A stretch of 5,541 nt of DNA from Candidatus Auribacterota bacterium (GTDB lineage Bacteria > Auribacterota > UBA6266): NCBI GenBank assembly GCA_023136205.1, contig JAGLRQ010000121.1, positions 1 to 5,541 on the forward strand, written 5' to 3'. The notes under the pieces are model-generated. The model saw only the letters and a list, made by a program, of their open reading frames with translations, did not search any database and was not told the origin of the DNA. Shown here one piece after another: positions 1-5,541 of the stretch. The translations under genes were made by a program, and so were the position numbers. The stretch's first letter is position 1. Each line of letters opens with the position of its first letter.

Positions 1-567
1 GTGAGTGAAGACGCGCCGACTAATCCAAAAGGAATATATGAGATTTCCAATCTTACAGCGGAAAAAATTATGAAGGTTTACAATGAAATACACGGTATTA
101 AGACAATACTCTTACGGTTAACTAATATTTACGGGCCGGGATCTCAAATGAAACACTCTCGTTTTGGAGTCGTAAACTGGTTTATTCGGCAGGCTATTGA
201 TAATGAAGTGATTAAAGTTTTTGGTGAAGGAAAGATTTTGAGAGATTTTCTCTATATTGATGACTGTGTTGACGCTATCCTTCTGTCCGCGGTTTCTGAA
301 CAAGCTGTTGGCGAAACGTTTAATGTAGGGATAGATAAACCAACCAGTTTTTTAGATCTGGTAAATTTAATTGTTAAAGTCGCGAAAGCCGGCAGATGGG
401 AGTTCGCGGAATTTTCACCGGAAAGAAAAGCACAGGAACCGGGTGATTTTTATTCGGATATAACTAAAATTAAAAATATTGTGGGCTGGCAGCCCGAAAC
501 AAGACTGGAAGAAGGATTAAAAAATACCATTGATTATTACAGACTGTATAAAAAACATTATTGGTAG
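1..567 (+). CDS. NAD-dependent sugar epimerase/dehydratase (extended SDR family), C-terminal fragment; the 5' end lies outside the window
   Basis: The frame is open from the window edge to TAG at 565-567. The translation shows extended-SDR hallmarks in the expected order: EDAPTNPKGIYEISNLTAEK (active-site Tyr region), LRLTNIYGPG, RDFLYIDDCVDA, ETFNVG, and a C-terminal ...GWQPETRLEEGLKNTIDYY tail. The N-terminal Rossmann GxxGxxG must lie upstream. The GTG at position 1 reflects the window edge, not a real start codon. Confidence 0.85.
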   Translation: MSEDAPTNPKGIYEISNLTAEKIMKVYNEIHGIKTILLRLTNIYGPGSQMKHSRFGVVNWFIRQAIDNEVIKVFGEGKILRDFLYIDDCVDAILLSAVSEQAVGETFNVGIDKPTSFLDLVNLIVKVAKAGRWEFAEFSPERKAQEPGDFYSDITKIKNIVGWQPETRLEEGLKNTIDYYRLYKKHYW

Positions 568-573
568 GGCTCA

Positions 574-1143
574 ATGACAGATAAATCCGTATATATCTAT
601 CCCAACGCAATTGTAGAGACAGAGGATATTGGTGAACATACACGGATATGGGCATTTGTTCATATACTGAAAGGAGCCAGCGTCGGAAATAATTGCAATA
701 TTTGTGAACATTGCTTTATAGAAGATGATGTAAAAATCGGAAATAATGTAACCGTAAAGTCGGGTGTGTACATTTGGAATGGAGTAAGGGTGGAAGACAA
801 TGTTTTTTTGGGCCCCAACGTTACGTTTACAAATGATATATATCCCAGAAGCAAAATTTATGAAAAAAGCTATCCGCGAACTTTTATCAAAAAAGGCGCG
901 AGCATAGGAGCCGGCAGTGTATTGATAGCCGGTATTACTATTGGGCGGTATGCCATGATTGGAGGAGGCTCTGTAGTTACGAAAGATATAAAAGATTACG
1001 AATTAGTATATGGAAATCCGGCAAGGCACCACGGTTATATTTGCGAATGTAAAGAGAAACTTAAATTCAAAAGCGATAAGGTTGTGAAATGTTCATGCGG
1101 GTTATTTTATGTATGTAAAGAAGGGGTTATTTCGAAAGTATGA
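574..1143 (+). CDS. Left-handed beta-helix (hexapeptide-repeat) sugar N-acetyltransferase, WbpD/WlbB-like, with a Cys-rich C-terminal tail
   Basis: 189 aa, with ATG 6 nt after the upstream stop. It has successive imperfect hexapeptide turns ([48 protein letters not shown]). The overall pattern IYPNAIV...RIWAFVHI...[12 protein letters not shown]...GNPAR matches my recollection of the UDP-2-acetamido-3-amino-2,3-dideoxy-glucuronate N-acetyltransferase (WbpD/WlbB) group. The TGA stop at 1141-1143 overlaps the next ATG (ATGA). Confidence 0.9.
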   Translation: MTDKSVYIYPNAIVETEDIGEHTRIWAFVHILKGASVGNNCNICEHCFIEDDVKIGNNVTVKSGVYIWNGVRVEDNVFLGPNVTFTNDIYPRSKIYEKSYPRTFIKKGASIGAGSVLIAGITIGRYAMIGGGSVVTKDIKDYELVYGNPARHHGYICECKEKLKFKSDKVVKCSCGLFYVCKEGVISKV

Positions 1144-2252
1144 CATACCAGAATTCTTCGATATCTTTTTCCGGGTTGGTTGAGCAGTATGAGCGTATTA
1201 AGGATGAGATTAATCCGGCTATTGACCGTGCTGTAAAAAGCGGATGGTATATCCTTGGAAAAGAACTTGAGAGTTTGGAAAAGGAATTCGCGGGTTATTG
1301 CGGGGTTGAATATGCCATTGGATGTGCTTCCGGTACCGAGGCGATAGCGCTGTCTTTAATGTCTTTGGATATTAAAAGCGGGGATGAAGTAATAACGGTA
1401 TCCAATACTGCGGTGCCTACAGTCTCTGCTATTTCCATGGTTGGAGCAATTCCGGTGTTTGTTGATGTTGATGATTATTTCCTGATTGATACCAAAAAGA
1501 TTGAATCTGCCATTACTAAGAAAACAAAGGCTATTATACCTGTTCATCTTTATGGACAGATGGCTGATATGAATGAAATAATGGATATAGCCAGGCGAAA
1601 GAACATCAGAGTTATTGAGGACGCGTGCCAGTCACACGGTGCGGAATGTAAAGGACAAAAAGCAGGTTCTATAGGAGATCTTGGGTGTTTTAGTTTTTAT
1701 CCTACTAAAAATTTAGGTTGTTTTGGTGATGGCGGTGCTATTACCACAAACGATAAAACAATATATGACCGGTTGTCTATGTTAAGAAACTATGGGCAGG
1801 AAAAAAGATATCATAATCCAATTAAAGGAATTAACAGCCGGTTAGACGAAATACAGGCGGCAATATTAAGGGTCAAACTTGAGTATCTTAATGGATGGAA
1901 TAAAAACAGGAAGGAGATTGCTCGTTTATATAATGAGTTACTGTGTGATGTTTGCGTTACGCCTGCCGAAAAAGACGGGTATTCTCATGTTTTTCATCTT
2001 TATGTGGTCAGGGTGGAAAATAGAGAAGCCTTACAGAAGCATTTGAGAAAAAGTGGTATAGATACATTAATTCATTATCCGGTTCCCGTGCATCTCCAGC
2101 AAGCTTATAGTGAGTTACGCTGTAAAAAAGGCGATTTTCCTGTGACGGAACAATTGATGAAGGAAATATTAAGTTTGCCGATTTATCCGGGACTGCCCGA
2201 TGATGCTGTGAAATATATTTGTCGTAAAATTCATGAATTTGAAAAGAATTGA
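1140..2252 (+). CDS. DegT/DnrJ/EryC1/StrS family PLP-dependent nucleotide-sugar aminotransferase
   Basis: 370 aa, a typical length for the family. Family motifs present are [34 protein letters not shown] with the predicted Schiff-base Lys190 (AAA at 1707-1709), [12 protein letters not shown] and SLPIYPGL. The start overlaps the upstream stop by 4 nt. Confidence 0.93.
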   Translation: MTYQNSSISFSGLVEQYERIKDEINPAIDRAVKSGWYILGKELESLEKEFAGYCGVEYAIGCASGTEAIALSLMSLDIKSGDEVITVSNTAVPTVSAISMVGAIPVFVDVDDYFLIDTKKIESAITKKTKAIIPVHLYGQMADMNEIMDIARRKNIRVIEDACQSHGAECKGQKAGSIGDLGCFSFYPTKNLGCFGDGGAITTNDKTIYDRLSMLRNYGQEKRYHNPIKGINSRLDEIQAAILRVKLEYLNGWNKNRKEIARLYNELLCDVCVTPAEKDGYSHVFHLYVVRVENREALQKHLRKSGIDTLIHYPVPVHLQQAYSELRCKKGDFPVTEQLMKEILSLPIYPGLPDDAVKYICRKIHEFEKN

Positions 2253-2260
2253 GTGTATAA

Positions 2261-3226
2261 ATGAAGAAAGATAAAGTTTCAGTTATTATACCGGTTTATT
2301 ATAACAGTGAAAGTCTGCGGGAACTGTATGCTGATTTATGCGGTATTCCGGAACTGAATACTTTGGGAGAAATGGAGATAGTTTTTGTGGATGATGGTTC
2401 CGGTGATAATTCTTTTGAAATTATCCGCGGCCTGGCTTCAAAAGATAAGCGGGTTAGAGGTGTCAAACTTTCCCGTAATTTTGGATCCTTTGTAGCCTGC
2501 CTCGCTGGGTTGGCCCATTGCACGGGCAATTGCGCTGTTATAATATCAGCGGATCTTCAGGATCCTCCTGGTTTAATCGGGGCAATGTACAAAAAATGGA
2601 AGGAAGGCAATAAGGTTGTAATGGCTGTGAGAGAAGAACGAAAGGAGGGCTTTTTTAAAGTCCTGTTTGCCCGTATATTTTATAAGTTATTCCGTTTGCT
2701 CGTAACAAATGACATGCCTAAAAATGGTTTTGATTATGTGCTTATAGATAGACAGGTTGTTGATGTTTTGACTTCGATCCGGGAAAAAAATACAACCCTT
2801 ATGGGGTTGATACTTTGGATGGGTTTTAGCAGAGCAGAGGTTCCGTATACACGGATGGAAAGAAAACATGGAAAGTCACGATGGACGTTATATAAAAAGA
2901 TTAATTATTTTCTCGACTCTATCATGGCTTTTTCCCAGTTCCCAATCCGTATTTTCTCCGTGATTGGAATTTTTCTTTCAGGGATAAGCATTATCGGTAT
3001 TGTCTATGTAATTGTTGCGTATTTTTTAGGATGGATAGAAGGAGTAGCCGGATGGCCTTCGCTTATGGTAATTACTTTGTTTATGTTTGGGATACTATTT
3101 TTAGGCCTGGGGATGATGGGAGAGTACATTTGGAGGAATTTAGAGGAGACTCGCAAAAGGCCGCTATTTCTTGTAGATACTTATTGTAATAAGGTAAAAG
3201 CGGAGGCTAATTTTGAACAAAAATGA
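2261..3226 (+). CDS. Family 2 glycosyltransferase, GtrB/ArnC/DPM1-like polyprenyl-phosphate sugar transferase with two C-terminal TM helices
   Basis: 321 aa. It has an N-terminal GT-A fold signature (VSVIIPVYYNSESL, VFVDDGSGDNS, LSRNFGSFVACLAGL, ISADLQDPPGLI). Two hydrophobic helices follow at about residues 228-257 (FPIRIFSVIGIFLSGISIIGIVYVIVAYFLGW) and 265-288 (WPSLMVITLFMFGILFLGLGMMGE), and the protein ends EYIWRNLEE.RKRPLF. This is the architecture of ArnC and GtrB type enzymes that charge undecaprenyl or dolichyl phosphate. Confidence 0.9.
   Translation: MKKDKVSVIIPVYYNSESLRELYADLCGIPELNTLGEMEIVFVDDGSGDNSFEIIRGLASKDKRVRGVKLSRNFGSFVACLAGLAHCTGNCAVIISADLQDPPGLIGAMYKKWKEGNKVVMAVREERKEGFFKVLFARIFYKLFRLLVTNDMPKNGFDYVLIDRQVVDVLTSIREKNTTLMGLILWMGFSRAEVPYTRMERKHGKSRWTLYKKINYFLDSIMAFSQFPIRIFSVIGIFLSGISIIGIVYVIVAYFLGWIEGVAGWPSLMVITLFMFGILFLGLGMMGEYIWRNLEETRKRPLFLVDTYCNKVKAEANFEQK
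3202..3206 (+). promoter_or_regulatory. Shine-Dalgarno (GGAGG) for the methyltransferase gene, embedded in the 3' end of the glycosyltransferase gene
   Basis: GGAGG at 3202-3206 sits 6 nt upstream of the TTG at 3213. It is the only canonical strong SD I see in the window. It lies inside the upstream CDS, which fits translational coupling. Confidence 0.7.
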
Positions 3227-4241
3227 CCTGTCCTTTTTTCGCTGTCTTTCATGTAAGTCGGACCTGTCGTTAAAGGTTTTTGAAATAAATGAGGGCGATA
3301 AAGATAATGTGAAAGAAGGCGTGCTTTTTTGTCCTTCATGCAAAATTCTGTATCCGATATCAGAGAGCATCGCCCTTCTTTTGGATGTTGATTATTGTAA
3401 ACATTTTGATACCCGAAAATTTTTTCAGAAATGGAGCAAGGAATTTGATTTTGATAAGTATAAACCTTTACGGAAAGAAACCAGTTCCGAGAAGTTTAAA
3501 CAATTAGATTTTTACAACGAAGATTCCAAATCTTATGATGATCTGGTTAGTTATTCTAATTTTTGGAAGGCAAGTGATTGGAACATTCTTCAGGAATGGT
3601 CGGCCGGCCTGCCAAAAGACGGTGTGATTTTAGATGTAGGATGCGGGACAGGCAGATGCGCCGTTCCTTTGGTTAAGGGTGGAAAGCGTGTTATTGCTAC
3701 AGACCTTTCTATTGGTATGCTTAGAAAAGCTGTAGCAAAAAGTGCTGAAGCCGGGGTGAATAATATTACATATTTTTTAGCGGATGCTGAGAGTCTTCCG
3801 TTAAAACCGGATCTGTTTTCGGCGATAATTTCTTTTGGTTTACTGCATCATGTTAATAATCCGGTAACAATAATAAAAAGTACCGAAAAACTTTTGAAAG
3901 CCGGGGGGATATTTTGTGCCCTTGAGAATAATGCGTCACCTCTTCGTCCTATTTTTGAAATGTTAATGAAGATTTGGAAATTGTGGAATGAAGAAGCTGG
4001 AAGCCATCCTGTATTCAAGCTAAAAGAGATGAAAGCTTTTATAGAGAATAGCGGGATGTCCCCCAAAATACGTACAAGTACCTTTCTTCCTCCTCATCTG
4101 TGTAATCTTATGAGTTATAACATGGCCAGAAAGATGTTATTTCTTACAGATTGGATTTTTAACCGTATTCCGGTTGTAAGTAATTTTGGCGGGCAGCTTG
4201 TAGTAAGAGCAGTTAAAACTAAAAAAATCCCTCGAGCTTAA
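3213..4241 (+). CDS. Class I SAM-dependent methyltransferase (Methyltransf_11/25-like) fused to an N-terminal Trm112-like zinc-ribbon domain
   Basis: 342 aa with a TTG start (hand-checked: ttg aac aaa aat gac ...). The N-terminus FFRCLSCKSDL...EGVLFCPSCKILYPISESIALLL has Cys11/14/41/44 (nt 3243-3344), which is the Trm112/YcaR type zinc ribbon. SAM motif I is ILDVGCGTG (3627-3653). Then come the acidic loop VIATDLS, ADAESLP, the motif II-like ISFGLLHH, and LLKAGGIF. TAA stop at 4239-4241. Confidence 0.88.
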   Translation: MNKNDLSFFRCLSCKSDLSLKVFEINEGDKDNVKEGVLFCPSCKILYPISESIALLLDVDYCKHFDTRKFFQKWSKEFDFDKYKPLRKETSSEKFKQLDFYNEDSKSYDDLVSYSNFWKASDWNILQEWSAGLPKDGVILDVGCGTGRCAVPLVKGGKRVIATDLSIGMLRKAVAKSAEAGVNNITYFLADAESLPLKPDLFSAIISFGLLHHVNNPVTIIKSTEKLLKAGGIFCALENNASPLRPIFEMLMKIWKLWNEEAGSHPVFKLKEMKAFIENSGMSPKIRTSTFLPPHLCNLMSYNMARKMLFLTDWIFNRIPVVSNFGGQLVVRAVKTKKIPRA

Positions 4242-4259
4242 GAAAGATAATAACGCAAA

Positions 4260-5541
4260 ATGAAAGTATTGTTAATTAATGCTCCGTCAAAGTATGCGGC
4301 AGTGACTACATCGGATTGGGATACCACAGCAGAGGATATAGGCGCTTTTCCTCCGATTGGATTAAGTTATTTAGCCGGTTATCTTGTAAAAAATTCCTCG
4401 CATGAAGTGCATATCATGGATACCCTCGCTGAACAACTTGACTATGATGGAATCGAAAAAAGGGTTAAAGACTATCAACCTGAAATGGTGGCTATTACGG
4501 CGTTTACTCCGACTTTTTATGACGTTTTGCATGTTTCCCGCATAGTGAAAAAGAATATTCCGGATTGTTATGTATGTATCGGGGGAGCTCATGTAACATC
4601 ATATCCCGTTGAAACGATGAGCCATAAAGAGATAGATTTTCTTATTCACGGGGAAGGGGAAATTATTTTTTCTAAGCTTCTTGATGTCCTTGAAAAAGAT
4701 AAAAACGTGTCAGTTTTGGATGGAATTAGTTTCCGGGCTGACGGCCGTGTTATTCACAAGACAGAAAATAGAGGCTATATTGATGATGTAAATTCACTTC
4801 CATCTCCTGCCTTTAATCTTTTGCCGTTAGATAGATATAAGAGCGCTATAGGTACCGGTAATACTGTTGGGGTAATCGCGTCCTCCAGAGGCTGCCCTTA
4901 CGAATGTACCTATTGTAACCGTCCTTACCGTACTTATAGGTCTTACAGCAATGACAGAATAATATCTGAAATGGGTTTCTTTTATAACCGCGGAATAAAA
5001 GAATTTGTGTTTTTTGATGATATGTTTAATCTTACCCCAAAGCGTGTTATTGAAATAAGCGATGCTATTATCGCGGAATATCCTGATGTAACCTGGTCTT
5101 TCCGGGGCAGGGTGGATCAGGTCACGGAAGAGATGGTACGTAAGGCGAAGGAGGCAGGATGCAGACAAATTCTATTTGGTATTGAAGCCGCGAGAGATGA
5201 AGATTTAAAAGCCATCAAAAAGAAAATTACTACAAAGCAGGTAATAGATGGTATTGCTATCTGCAAAAAATTAGGGCTTGAAACAAGCACTAATTGGATT
5301 ATTGGATTGCCCACGCACAAAAGCCGGAATGATGTTCTTGATTTACTGGATTTTGCCGTAAAAAGCGGGTCCGATTATGCTCAATTCAATATACTTATTC
5401 CGTATGCCGGAACAGAAATATTCGATGAAGGCGTGAAGAAAAAAGTTTTATCGGCCAATTTTTGGAATGAATATGTTCTTAATCCTACACCGAATGCGTA
5501 TATTCCCATTTGGGAAGAGTATCTCAGCCGGAAAGAATTAA
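4260..5541 (+). CDS. B12-binding-domain radical SAM protein (class B radical SAM, COG1032-like); the 3' end lies outside the window
   Basis: This ORF is absent from the supplied track. I translated it by hand codon by codon. The ATG at 4260 follows an in-frame TAA at 4251-4253, and the frame has no stop through 5541 (427 codons plus 1 nt). The N-terminal MKVLLINAP...FPPIGLSYLAGYL...MVAITAFTPTF...VCIGGAHVTSYP...DFLIHGEGE is a cobalamin-binding-domain pattern without a DxHxxG His ligand, as is usual in class B enzymes. The radical SAM core is VIASSRGCPYECTYCN (Cys212/216/219, nt 4893-4916), followed by FVFFDDMFN, ILFGIEAA, NWIIGLP, and a YAQFNILIPYAGTE...FWNEYVLNPTPNAYIPIWEEYLS tail. Confidence 0.9.
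   Translation, partial: MKVLLINAPSKYAAVTTSDWDTTAEDIGAFPPIGLSYLAGYLVKNSSHEVHIMDTLAEQLDYDGIEKRVKDYQPEMVAITAFTPTFYDVLHVSRIVKKNIPDCYVCIGGAHVTSYPVETMSHKEIDFLIHGEGEIIFSKLLDVLEKDKNVSVLDGISFRADGRVIHKTENRGYIDDVNSLPSPAFNLLPLDRYKSAIGTGNTVGVIASSRGCPYECTYCNRPYRTYRSYSNDRIISEMGFFYNRGIKEFVFFDDMFNLTPKRVIEISDAIIAEYPDVTWSFRGRVDQVTEEMVRKAKEAGCRQILFGIEAARDEDLKAIKKKITTKQVIDGIAICKKLGLETSTNWIIGLPTHKSRNDVLDLLDFAVKSGSDYAQFNILIPYAGTEIFDEGVKKKVLSANFWNEYVLNPTPNAYIPIWEEYLSRKEL

Noticed and set aside
1-3. GTG at position 1 as the true start of the first CDS
   Set aside because: The encoded 188 aa begin in the middle of an extended-SDR fold, just before the active-site Tyr. The Rossmann domain is absent, so the gene continues upstream of the window.
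2784-2790. A7 homopolymer tracts (2784-2790 in the GT2, 4221-4227 in the methyltransferase) as phase-variation switches
   Set aside because: Seven A residues are expected by chance in AT-rich, Lys-rich coding sequence. Both tracts are in frame here, and contingency loci normally carry longer tracts.
118-4066. Eight short minus-strand ORFs from the track (118-303, 470-655, 660-854, 1356-1547, 2299-2529, 2687-2869, 3164-3370, 3848-4066)
   Set aside because: Each lies almost entirely antisense to a plus-strand CDS that has clear family motifs. Their translations are low-complexity with no recognisable motifs, and none has room for its own expression signals. They are typical shadow ORFs of AT-rich coding DNA.
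4231-4242. Adjacent 6-bp palindromes CTCGAG and CTTAAG spanning the methyltransferase stop codon
   Set aside because: They are too short and unpaired to form a meaningful stem. They are most likely chance restriction-site-like hexamers.
4242-4259. Possible cobalamin riboswitch, promoter or terminator between the methyltransferase and the B12/radical SAM gene
   Set aside because: The intergenic gap is only 18 nt, far too short for a riboswitch of about 200 nt or for a promoter plus 5' UTR. I see no GC-rich hairpin followed by a U tract.
4371-5320. Three minus-strand ORFs (4371-4592, 4827-5168, 5117-5320), the only track entries in the last 1.3 kb
   Set aside because: They are antisense to the unlisted 427-codon plus-strand radical SAM frame, which has unmistakable domain motifs. 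The minus-strand peptides show no motifs, and two of them overlap each other.
1-5541. Assigning the locus to a specific organism or pathway, such as anammox ladderane or S-layer glycan methylation, or hopanoid methylation
   Set aside because: Low GC and a radical SAM/methyltransferase pair are compatible with many lineages. Nothing in the sequence lets me verify taxonomy or substrate without a database search, so I keep this only as a possibility to test.
1-5541. CRISPR repeats, IS or transposase ends, tRNA or other structured RNA genes
   Set aside because: I noticed no regularly spaced direct repeats, terminal inverted repeats or cloverleaf-like segments. Essentially every base is accounted for by the six coding frames.

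Overview
The window is one co-directional, tightly packed block of six plus-strand genes, AT-rich by eye, with no RNA genes, CRISPR arrays, mobile elements, promoters or terminators that I could see. It looks like the interior of a longer glycan or envelope-biosynthesis operon. In order: (1) the C-terminal 188 aa of an extended-SDR NAD-dependent sugar epimerase/dehydratase, cut by the window edge; (2) a 189-aa left-handed beta-helix (hexapeptide) N-acetyltransferase of the WbpD/WlbB type; (3) a DegT/DnrJ/EryC1/StrS PLP-dependent sugar aminotransferase; (4) a family-2 glycosyltransferase with two C-terminal transmembrane helices, the GtrB/ArnC/DPM1-like polyprenyl-phosphate glycosyltransferase architecture; (5) a class I SAM methyltransferase with an N-terminal Trm112-like CxxC...CxxC zinc ribbon, starting at TTG behind a GGAGG and overlapping gene 4 by 14 nt; (6) a 427-codon frame at 4260..5541 that the supplied ORF track does not list because it runs off the 3' edge, and which my hand translation shows to be a B12-binding-domain radical SAM protein (class B, COG1032-like, CPYECTYC cluster motif). 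The most interesting reading is an uncharacterised system. It would build an acetamido sugar, load it on a polyprenyl-phosphate carrier for use outside the cytoplasm, and pair that with two different methyl-transfer-type enzymes. This is a hypothesis from domain content and synteny only, since no database search was possible. All short minus-strand ORFs in the track look like antisense artefacts.
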